This document shows positions 36,415 to 48,123 of a stretch of 48,123 nucleotides of DNA, piece by piece. Made by a program: the position numbers and the translations under genes. The notes below the pieces were generated by a model that worked only from the letters and a program-made list of their open reading frames with translations, was not told the origin of the DNA and did not search any database. Position 1 is the first letter of the stretch. The number at the start of each line of letters is the position of its first letter. The stretch comes from Octopus sinensis (taxonomy: Eukaryota), in assembly GCF_006345805.1 (NCBI RefSeq), contig NW_021834476.1, forward strand, positions 1 through 48,123, in the 5' to 3' direction.

Positions 36415-36584
36415 TATATAATATTATTAGAGACAAAACCACTATTTTGCAAAACAACAAGGAAAGACTTAATCAATACATAAAATTTTAATAAAAAGTC
36501 AAAAAATTAAAATTTTATGTATTGATTAAGTCTTTCCTTGTTTGTTTTGCAAAATAGTGGTTTTGTCTCTAATAATATTATATA
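36415..36584. repeat. Near-perfect palindrome (78/79-bp arms, 13-nt spacer, one 1-nt indel)
   Basis: 36415-36492 versus 36506-36584. Confidence 0.92.
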
Positions 36585-36931
36585 TATATATATAATATAT
36601 ATATATATACAAATTGAGATAGGGGTTGTAAATGCAACCCTCCATGGGATAATATATATCCAATATACTGCTAGTGAAGTACCCAACATGGTTAATACAT
36701 AAATGTTAAGGATTGCGATGCAATCAATTCATTTACTGTATTATATGGGCAAAGGTAAAATGATTTACCACAAATTACTAATACAAGATAAGAAAATGGA
36801 GAAATACATCTAAATCAAATATCAATTACCAGATAATACTCAATCACATATGTATATATATATATATGTATATACATGTATATATATGTATATGTATATA
36901 TATATGTATATATACATATGTATATATACAT

Positions 36932-37042
36932 GCTAAAAAGCATCTGTGAGGTAAACCCGTGTAGCAAACCAAATGGCGGTGCCCCAGCATGGCCACAGCT
37001 CATTAGCTGAAACTGGAAAAATCAAAATCAAAAATCAAAATC
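36932..37042 (+). mobile_element. Very short 3' terminus of the CR1 family, with (AAAATC)n tail
   Basis: Matches the reverse complement of ~45890-45995. Confidence 0.85.
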
Positions 37043-38257
<1,215 letters not shown>

Positions 38258-39110
38258 TCATCATCATCATCATCATCGTTTAACGTCCGTTTTCCGCGCT
38301 AGCACGGGTTGGACGGTTCGACTGGGGTCTGGGAAGCCAGGGCCCGCTCCAGGCTCCAGTCTGATCTGGCAGAGTTTCTACGGCTGGATGCCCTTCCTAA
38401 CGCCAACCACTCCGTGAGTGGAGTGGGTGCTTTTTAGGTGCCACCTGCACAGGGGCCGGGGGGGTCCGGCATCGGTCGCGATCGGTTCGAGCTTTTAACG
38501 TGCCATGGCACGGGGGCAACGGGATCCGGGGTACTTTGAATGGGTAGGGGTGGGGAAGGTTGGGGGTAAGGAGGAACGATGGCAGGAAGGGTTGGTGCAG
38601 GTTCGTAAGAAATAAAAACGTAGGATATTACAAGGCATGGAGGGGACTGGAAGGAGATAGTAGGATTGAGGCAGTGTCAGATTCAAAACAGGAGGAAGCG
38701 TAAGATCAGTGGGCGGTTGATGAGCTGTGATGCTAGCAGCTTGTCTTTTCACAGTGAAAGCATATGAGGAGAAGGGGTAGGAAGGGGTGGTGGAGGAGGA
38801 GGGGGGAGTATCCGGTGTAGATGGTGAGAACAGTGTTCACCGGTATTGGTGGTGGGGGTGGGAGGGCGGGCGCACGGCGCACTGGGAGAAGATGAGATTT
38901 TGGCGGCAGAAAGAAAGACAGGATTTGAGATGGAATGCTTTGCGATCGTGTGCATAAGTTTCTATGAGTGGAAGTTGGAAAAAGATGGGTTAGAGAATTA
39001 AGCGACAGAAAGAAAGACCAGATTTGAGACGAGATGTTTTTGCGGTCGTGTGAATAAGTTTTTGTGAGTGAAAGTTTATATGCTTCAGCTAGCATTTGAG
39101 ACGAAAGACA
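38258..39110 (-). mobile_element. ORF-less element with an RTE 3' tail (probable non-autonomous RTE derivative)
   Basis: (TGA)n tail plus ~200 bp matching the RTE 3' end; C-rich body with an internal tandem duplication at ~38900-39065. Confidence 0.6.
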
Positions 39111-39221
39111 ACGATAACGCTAATATATGGGGAAACAATAATAATAAGAAGGCTTGATGGTGATGATGATACTTGCAAAAACAATGAAAAGAGGAACAGG
39201 ACTTAGCTATATATATATATA

Positions 39222-39909
39222 TACCATAGATCAGGCAAAATTTAGGTATTTATACCAATAACTATTTCTCAATAACTATTTCTCTCCTAAGAAAGGAATG
39301 GCTGCTGGCTTTCGCGGGCCACGCCCCCCCCCCCCATCTCGTTCCTCTTCTTCAATTGTCTTCTATCTATTTCGATCGCCATTCGACTCCCCTTCTCCAC
39401 TGCCCTATATGCATATAAACCAGCGACTGTTTATTAACGGCCCCACTTGAATTCAAACCTTTGCCTTCGCCGACTCCTACGAAAAATGAATCCAAGCTAA
39501 GCAATCTATATTTAATTTCATTCTGTACCTGCTATTCTATCTGCAATTGATCTGATCTTTTAGTTAACCCTGTTTTATCTTTACTATTATTGTTATGACT
39601 TGTATAAGTCAACCTCCTCACGCCTAGTATTCTTTTTATATGTACATATAATTCTAAGTTCATCTTAATTATTTATCGTGTCCCATGTCTTGTGTTAAAT
39701 ATATATTTAATCTTATAGCTTGCCCCTAAATTTTATTGATCAGTCTCACGCCTCGTAGATATAGAATAAATGTATTTATAATTTATAGCTCTTTATCGCT
39801 CACGCTTCTACCATAGATTAGGCAAAATTTAGGTATTTATACCAATAACTATTTCTCAATAACTATTTCTCTCCTAAGAAAGGAATGGCTGCCGGCTTTC
39901 GCGGGCCAC
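39222..39909 (+). repeat. 101-bp direct repeats (39222-39322 and 39809-39909; 2 mismatches) upstream of the RTE ORF
   Basis: Direct comparison; each copy contains AATAACTATTTCTC twice. Confidence 0.9.
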
Positions 39910-40153
39910 CTGCCCTCCCACCCCCTCCACCGGTACAGGAAGTCCTAAATTTTCTCATCCTTGTCTCCCTTGTACACTTCAAAGTCTTACGCCACCCTCA
40001 CCCCCTACCATAAAAGGTAGTAGTCATTCATTGCAAGATACACTTCAAGTCTTACGCCACCCCCACCTCCTTCCATAAAAGGTAGTGGTCATTCATTGCA
40101 AGATATGTTTAGTGTTGTGTACGCGGTTTGAACTTAAGTTCTATTCTCTGTCT

Positions 40154-43100
40154 ATGAATCCTGCCAAACGCGAGTTTTCTTTTCAGGTCCATGACGCTAC
40201 TAGGCCCAATACCACCACCACCCACACCCTCAGGGTTGGCACCCTCAACGTTGGCACACTGAAAGGCAGATCTGGCGAGATCGTTGAATTGCTTGAACGG
40301 AGGTGTGTGGATATATGCTGCATTCAAGAAGTGAGGTGGAGAGGAGGTTCTGCTAGGTTCCTCACAGGCAAAGGACAGAGGTACAAGATTTTCTGGGCTG
40401 GGAATACTGACGGGGTCGGGGGAGTGGGCATGCTTATCGCCGAAAAATGGGTAGATAAGGTAATCGAGGTAGTCAGAGTATGTGACAGAATAATTAAGAT
40501 TAGATTAGTGCTCCATCATAGTTTAGCAAATATTATATCGGCCTATGCCCCTCAGCCAGGGCTACCTGATGGACAGAAAGACTGTTTCTATGACACCCTA
40601 CTGCAGACCACATCATTGACGAACGACAGGGACCTTCTCTTTGTGGCTGGTGACTTCAATGGGCATGTTGGACGATGTGCTGGGGGCTTCCATGGCGTGC
40701 ATGGAGGCTACGGTTATGGTTCCCGCAACGAGGAGGGAACCAGGCTGCTGGAGTTCTGCGATGCGAATAGTCTTATGGTTTGCAACACTAACGTCAGGAA
40801 ACCGACAAGCCACCTGGTCACCTACCGATCGGGCTGGCATACTAGCCAAATCGACTACATCCTTGCCAGAAAAAGGGAAAGATGGCTGCTTATAAATGCC
40901 AAAACCTTCCCAGGCGAAGAATGCACCCCACAACATAGACTGGTAGTTAGTGACTTTAGGATCAGGACTAAGAGGGCGACTAGAAGACGACCAACATGGA
41001 GAAGAAGGGTCTGGAAGCTTAAAGACCCTGCGAATGGACAGAGATTTAGAGATATGTTATTTGAAGCCTTAGACGAAATGGAAGGGAGTATAGCTACGCA
41101 TGGGGTAGAAGACAACTGGACGCTTCTGAGGGACAACCTGCTGAAAGCCGCTGACCGATCTGTGGCTGGTGTGCAAAGTCCCCTTAAGACCCAAAATAAC
41201 GTGGTGGTGGAACAATATTGTTGACAGGGCTATTAGACAAAAGAAACAGGCTTGGAAGGCCTGGAAGAACGGTGGTAGCAGGGAAGTGTATCAGACTGCC
41301 AGAAGGGAAGCCAGGAGACAGGTCTATCTAGCCAGAAGGGAGGCAGATAAGGAAAAATTTGCCAATGTCCTGCGCCGTGAGGATGAAAGACTTGAGGTAT
41401 TTCGTGTTGCAAGACAGTGTGTGAGAGAGAACCGTGACGTGGTAGGAGAGAAGTGTGTTCGCAAGGATGACGGTTCACTTGCGCTAAATGAGGATGCAAA
41501 GAGAGAGGCTTGGAGACGCCACTATGAAAGGTTGCTGAATGAAGAAAATGAATGGGATAAAGAGAGTCTGCCGAATGTCGACCCAACAGAGGGACCAGCA
41601 ATCCGAGTTAACAGTTCCTTAGTAGATAAGGCAATTAGAAGCATGAAAACAGGGAAAGCCCCAGGCCCATCAGGAATTACTGAAGAGATGCTCAAAATAT
41701 CTTGTGGTGTCGGCTATAGCTTAGTCACCCGTATAGTTAACCAGGTGATACACGAGGGAGTCATACCCAATGACTGGTGTAGCAGCATAATAGTCAACTG
41801 CTACAAAGGTAAAGGCGACGCCCTAGATACAAATAACTACAGAGGCATCAAGCTGCTGGATCAGGTAATGAAGGTTACGGAGAGGGTTATAGCCCAACTA
41901 AATAGAGAGAGTGTTAGCTTAGATGATATGCAGTTTGGGTTCGTGCCAGGGAAAAGTACTACTGATGCTATATTCCTGGTAAGACAGCTGCAGGAGAAAT
42001 ATCTAGCCAAAGACAAGCCCTTGTACCTGGCTTTTGTTGACTTGGAGAAAGCCTTTGACAGGGTCCCCCGATCCCTTATCTGGTGGTCAATGAGGAAACT
42101 AGGGATAGATGAATGGTTAGTGAGAGCTGTGCAAGCCATGTACAGAGACGCTGCTAGTAAGGTGAGGGTTGGCAACGAGTACAGTGAAGAATTCCGGGTA
42201 GAGGTTGGGGTCCACCAAGGTTCAGTCCTCAGTCCCCTCCTATTTATCATAGTCCTCCAGGCAATAACGGAGGAATTCAAGACAGGATGCCCCTGGGAGC
42301 TCCTCTATGCTGACGACCTTGCTCTAATTGCTGAGTCACTATCAGAACTGGAGGAGAAGTTTCAGGTGTGGAAACAAGGATTAGAATCGAAGGGCCTTAG
42401 AATCAACCTAGCCAAAACCAAAGTCCTAATAAGTAGGAAGGTGGACCATCACAAACGACTTCAGGTAGATGGCCCTGCTCGATCTGTAAAAAAGGTGTAG
42501 GTAGAAACTCTATAAGGTGCACCAAGTGTAAGCTATGGACACATAAGAGGTGCAGCAATGTCAAAGGAAGGCTAACTAGGAAAATAGTTTTTGTCTGTGG
42601 CAGATGCTCAGGAGCAATAAACACTGGAAATGTGCAGAGACCAACTTCTACCACGTTCCAGGGAGACAAACTAGAAGTAGTTGATAGCTTCCGCTACCTA
42701 GGAGACCAAGTCAGTAGCGGGGGTGGGTGTGCTGAAAGTGTAACTGCTAGAGTAAGAATAGCTGGGCAAAGTTTAGAGAGCTCTTACCCCTGCTGGTGAC
42801 AAAAGGCCTCTCGCTCAGAGTAAAAGGCAGACTGTATGATGCATGTGTACGTACAGCCATGCTACATGGTAGTGAAACATGGGCCGTGACTGCTGAGGAT
42901 ATGCGTAAGCTTGCAAGAAATGAAGCCAGTATGCTCCGATGGATGTGTAATGTCAGTGTTCATAATCGTCAGAGTGTAAGTACCTTGAGAGAAAAGTTGA
43001 ACCTAAGAAGCGTCAATTGTGGTGTGCAAGAGAGACGGCTGCGCTGCAATGGTCATGTGACGAGAATGGCTGTAGATAGTTGTGTGCAAAAGTGCTACAC

Positions 43101-43200
43101 CCTAGCAGTTGAGGGAACCTGTGGAAGAGGTAGACCCAGGAAAACCTGGGACGAGGTGGTGAAGCACGACCTTCGAACTTTAGTCTCACCAAGGAAATGA
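40154..43200 (+). pseudogene. RTE ORF2: AP endonuclease, RT and PHD insert; about 3 frameshifts
   Basis: Motifs TLNVGTL, IQEVRW, AYAPQ, GDFNGH, SQIDY, QHRL; RGIKLL, DLEKAFD, QGSVLSP, YADD; PHD at 42476-42607; GRGRPRKTW. Confidence 0.93.
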
Positions 43201-43237
43201 CTAGAGACCGAGACCTATGGAAGTATGCTGTGCATGA

Positions 43238-45245
43238 GAAGACCCGGCAAGAGTAGTCAGGCCATAACCCGTGGCCCCTACCTGGGACGTAGTCAGTCCA
43301 CCTGTGCATACCTTCCTTCTTGTGACACTTGTGAAGACCTGTTGAGGCAAGTGAAAGTGAAAATCAAAATAAAATAGATGATCATCAATGGAATTTGTAT
43401 CTTTGTTATCAGTGCCGGTGGCACACAAGAAAACCATCCGAACGTGGCCGTAGCCAGTACCGCATCGACTGGCCTCCGTGCTGTGGGCACATAGCAAACA
43501 CCATCCGATCGTGGCCGTTCGCCAGCCTCATCTGGCACCTGTGTCGGTGGCACATAAAGACACCATCCGAAGACCCGGCAAGACTAGTCAGGCCATAACC
43601 CGTGGGCCCTAACTGGGACGTAGTCAGTTCACCTGTGCATACCTCCCTTCTTGTGACACTTGTGAAGACCTGTTGAGGCAAGTGAAAATCAAAATAAAAA
43701 AAAAATGAAAAAATGAAAACAAATCGAAATAGATGAATATCAATGGAATTTGTATCTTTGTGGTACCAGTGCCGGTGGCACACAAGATAACCATCCGAAC
43801 GTGGCCGTAGCCAGTACTGCATCGACTGGCCTCCGTGCTGTGGGCACGTAACAAACACCATCCGATCATGTCCGTTCGCCAGCCTCATCAGGTACCTGTG
43901 TCGGTGGCACATAAAAACACCATCCGAAGACCCGGCAAGACTAGTCAGGCCATAATCCGTGGCCCCAACCTGGGACGTAGTCAGTCCACCTGTGCATACC
44001 TTCCTTCTTGTGACACTTGTGAAGACCTTTTGAGGCAAGTGAAAGTGAAAATCAAAATAAAATAGATGAACATCAATGGAATTTGTATCTTTATGGTACC
44101 AGTGCCGGTGGCACACAAGAGAACCATCCGAACGTGGCCGTAGCCAGTACCGCATCGACTGGCCTCCGTGCTGTGGGCACGTAACAAACACCATCCGATC
44201 ATGTCCGTTCGCCAGCCTCATCAGGCACCTGTGTCGGTGGCACATAAAAACACCATCTGAAGACCCGGCAAGACTAGTCAGGCCATAACCCGTGGCCCCT
44301 ACCTGGGACGTAGTCAGTCCGCCTGTGCATACCTTCCTTCTTGTGACACTTGTGAAGACCTGATGAGGCAAGTGATCAAATCAAAACAAATTAAAATAGA
44401 TGAACATCAATGGAATTTGTATCTTTGTGGTACCAGGGCCGGTGGCACACAAGATAACCATCCGAACATGGCCGTAGCCTGTACCGGATCGACTGGCCTC
44501 TGTGCTGTGGGCTCATAACAAACACCATCCGATCGTGGCCGTTCGCCAGCCTCATCTGGCACCTGTGTCGGTGGCACATAAAAACACCATCCGAAGACCC
44601 GGCAAGACTAGTCAGGCCATAACCCATGGCCTCTACCTGGGACGTAGTCAGTCCACCTGTGCATACCTTCCTTCTTGTGACACTTGTGAAGACCTGATGA
44701 GACAAGTGATCAAATCAAATCAAATCAAATCAAATCAAAATAGATGAACATCAATGGAATTTGTATCTTTGTGGTACCAGTGCCGGTGGCACACAAGAAA
44801 ACCATCCGAACGTGGCCGTAGCCAGTACCGCATCGACTGGCCTCCGTGCTGTGGCACGTAACAAACACCATCCATCTGGCACCTGTGTCGGAGACACATA
44901 AAAACATCATCCAAGACCCGGCAAGACTAGTCAGGCCATAACCCGTGGCCCCTACCTGGGACGTTGTCAGTTCACTGTGCATACCTTCCTTCCTTCTTGT
45001 GACACTTGTGAAGACCTTTGAGCAAGTGAAAATCAAATCAAATCAAATCAAAATAGATGAACATCAACGGAATTTGTATCTTTGTGGTACCAGTGCCGGT
45101 GGCACACAAAAAACCATCCGAACGTGGCCGTAGCCAGTACCGCATCGACTGGCCTCCGTGCTGTGGGCACGTAAGAAACACCATCCGATCGTGGCCGTTC
45201 GTCAGCCTCGTCTGGCACCTGTGTCGGTGGCACATAAAAACACCA
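43238..45245 (+). repeat. Six tandem ~320-360-bp copies of the RTE 3' UTR
   Basis: (G/C)AAGACCCGGCAAGA starts at 43238, 43569, 43926, 44259, 44593 and 44912. Confidence 0.93.
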
Positions 45246-45533
45246 TCCGAGCGTGGCCATTCGCCAGCCTCGTCTGGCACCTGTGTAGGTGGCACATAAA
45301 AACACCATCCGAGCGTGGCCGTTCGCCAGCCTCGTCTGGCACCTGAGTCGGTGGCACATAAGATCACCCACTACACTCTCGGAGTGGTTGGCATTAGGAA
45401 GGGCATCCAGCTGTAGAAACACTGCCAGATCTGACTGGCCTGGTGCAGCCTTCGGGCTCCCCAGACCCCAGTTGAACCGTCCAACCCATGCTAGCATGGA
45501 AAGCGGACGTTAAATGATGATGATGATGATGAT

Positions 45534-45551
45534 ATTATATATATGTATATG

Positions 45552-45598
<47 letters not shown>

Positions 45599-45601
45599 TA
45601 T

Positions 45602-45640
<39 letters not shown>

Positions 45641-45889
45641 TATATATTATATATGTATATATATATATATGTATATATGTATTATATGTATATATATATA
45701 TATATATGTATATATAATATATGTATATATATATATGTTATATATAATATATGTACATATATATATATATGTATAATATATTATATTGTATATATATATA
45801 TATGTATATATATATGTATATATATATATATGTACATATATATATATGTATATATATATATAATATATATATATAATATATATATATAT
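45534..45889. repeat. Complex (TA)n microsatellite between the RTE and CR1 tails
   Basis: Directly visible. Confidence 0.95.
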
Positions 45890-48123
45890 TTTGATTTTGA
45901 TTTTTCCAGTTTCAGCTTATGAGCTGTGGCCAGTGTGGGGCACCGCCATTTGGTGTTGCTACTTGGTTTCACTTCATGAAGGCTTTCTAGCAACTGCTAT
46001 TTGGTGCATGAGAGAGTTCGATGCAGCTGCCCTCATCTGCACATCCTGCCGTGAAGTTGGTTCATCTGGGACACCTGACAGGAAGAGATCCAGCTTCATT
46101 TTAAAGACATCTGTATCCACCCCATGCGGGTCTCTCAGGTTCTTCGGGAGGATATTGAAGAGCTGTGGGCCTCGGAAGCCCAGGCTATCACAGAATCTTG
46201 TCCTACATCTTGATGGCAAGTTTGGAGTCCTAGGCACCACGCAGTGGCGCCCAGTTCTGGCATTTGCGTAACTCTCTATGCCAAAGTTCAGGACACTTCC
46301 CTCCAGGATCTTCCAGATGTATATTATGGCATATCTTTCCCGCCTACGCTCCAGGGAATATAATTTTAATTTCTTGAGTCTTTCCCAGTAGCTTACATTC
46401 TGCATAGAGGCTATCTTCTTCATGTAGCTACGTTGGATCGCCTCGAGCTCTGTGATCAACTTGACACGGGATGGTGACCATAACTGAGAGCAGTAGTCAA
46501 AGTGGCTTAGGACAAGTGTCCTCCAGAGGACCATCATGGTTTCTTGTTCTCTTGTTCTAAAGGTTCTGAGGATCCATCCGGCAGTCGTCTACATTTCATT
46601 GCCAATTTAACAACATGTACACGAAAGGTCGCGTCATCACTCATGTAAATACCTAGGTCACGCACCTGATTGTGCCTCGGGATTGCTATTCCTCTGGGTC
46701 CAGTGTATTCATGGGTATTGCATTTAGTTTTGCATGCTGATAGTATAGAGCTTGAACTTTTCAGCATTGAACTGCATGCTATTCTTTTCGGCCACTTGTA
46801 TATTTTGTCTAGCTCACATTGCAGGTGTTTTGTGTCCTCAGGGTTCTGTATTGCCTGTGAAACTTTTGTATCATCTGCATAACTTGTGATCGTGGCTCTC
46901 TGCGTGCTGAGGGCATGTCTGAGAGGGCCATTATGAACAGTAGTGGTCCCAGAACAGTGCCCTGCGGAACACCGCTCACTATTGCGTGTAATGGAAGTGG
47001 CCCCATTGGCCACTACCACCTGACTTCTATCTTTCAGAAAGTCATGAAGCCATTCTCCCAGTTTTCCAACTATGTTGAGATCACGCAGTTTGTGACATAT
47101 CATTCCATGATCGACTTTAGCAAAGGCCTTTGCAAAGTCGAGATATATCACTTCCACATTTGAGTGGTTGAGCAGCCGTTTCAGCACCCAGTCATAGTGT
47201 TGTAGGAGCTGAGTTAAACAGCTTCTCCCTGGTCGGAAACCATGTTGGGTGTCGGGCAGCAAGTCATTTTCTTCAAGAAAGGTGATCAGCTTCCTTCTGA
47301 CTATTCGTTCCATGACCTTGCTGATGTGTGAGGTCAGAGAGATAATTCTTGGCTTCCGCTCTGCTACCTCCTTTATGAATGGGGCATATTTTACCTTCCT
47401 TCAGTTTTCTTGGAAGTTTGCCAGCTGCAAGGAAGCTCTGAAAGAGGAACTGCAGTGGTCTTGCTAGGACTCTCTTACATGCTTTTAGGAGGATTGCCGG
47501 GAATCCATCGGGGCCAGTAGCTGAGTCTGTTTTCATTCCAATCATAGCCTTGATTACATCGTCTTCCTTTATATCGATGTAATCTATCGTCGCCGCCTCT
47601 GATTTTATATCTGCAGTGGTAAAAAAAGTCAGTTGGATTGGTGATTTGGAGATGCCCAAGGGGTGGAGTGAAAACACTCTTGAATTGCTCATTCAGTATT
47701 TCACTTACCCTCATTGGTTTCCCTGTAAGTGTGCCATCCTTTTCGAGGAGTGGCCCTATTCTACAGTGCACCGTAGCTGTTTCTTTGGCATACCTGTAGA
47801 AAGCTCTGGGGTTAGATTTTATGTTGTCTATAGCCCAGGCTTCTTTGTCTGCTCTTTCCTTTTCATGGGAGAGTTTCAGACATTTTTCGATTTCCAACAG
47901 TTTTAATTTTAGGACTTTTCACTGCTTTCAATCTGTTTGTTTAGGCGATTTCAAGATTTTGTACGCCGTTCGTTTCAGAATTTTCTCGCTGGGGATTTTG
48001 TTCTTGTGTACAGTGGCCTTCTCTCTGGGACATATTTGTGGCATATGGCTTGCATTACAGACATGAATTGTTGAAGTTTCACGTCGATGTCTGGCGAGGA
48101 GAGACATTTAGGCCAGTTTTGTT
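45890..48123 (-). mobile_element. CR1-clade LINE (ORF2 RT and C-terminus, frameshifted), continues beyond the window
   Basis: Motifs SATGPDGFP, QHGFRPGRSCLTQL, YLDFAKAF, YADDTK, YSLERRRERY, VPDEP..RAAASNSL; tail (AAAATC)n. Confidence 0.92.

Larger units (their letters stand above)
39809..45533 (+). mobile_element. Near full-length RTE LINE with amplified 3' UTR and (TGA)n tail
   Basis: C-rich 5' region with a ~66-bp tandem duplication (39974-40105), APE-RT ORF, 3' end GGAAAGCGGACGTTAAATGATGATG; the 5' boundary is uncertain. Confidence 0.9.

Noticed and set aside
43409-44371. 320-aa minus-strand ORF with internal repeats (CHRH motifs)
   Set aside because: It is antisense to the tandem RTE 3' UTR and stays open only because two unit spacings (357 and 333 bp) are multiples of 3; neighbouring units break the frame.
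43238-45245. Repeat array superficially resembling CRISPR (also the 62-bp array at 1211-1545)
   Set aside because: Whole units repeat with no unique spacers, and the context is a eukaryotic LINE UTR.

Overview
This is eukaryotic, AT-rich DNA made almost entirely of repeats. The tRNA-derived SINEs, RTE/CR1 tails and pervasive (TA)n arrays look like an octopus (coleoid cephalopod) genome; that is an inference from repeat style, not proven. No host-gene exon could be supported, so the window is probably intronic or intergenic. Non-LTR retrotransposons: a near full-length RTE (+, ~39.8-45.5 kb), two further RTE copies, a full-length but dead L1/Tx1 element (-, 11.4-17.6 kb), a Hero-like RLE element and a CR1 running off the right edge. 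DNA transposons: Tigger/pogo, maT-like (DD37D), mariner (DD34D), Chapaev3-like, and a decayed Transib/RAG1-core-like transposase nested in the Tigger. Highlights: (1) the RAG1-like fossil with a C-terminal CX2CX3GH motif; (2) at least nine sequence-unrelated fold-back hairpins or palindromes; (3) a 311-bp, 99%-identical local copy inserted with microhomology and snap-back signatures; (4) a PHD finger inside the RTE reverse transcriptase; (5) a six-fold tandem amplification of the RTE 3' UTR. All alignments and translations were done by eye, and boundaries are approximate unless stated as exact.
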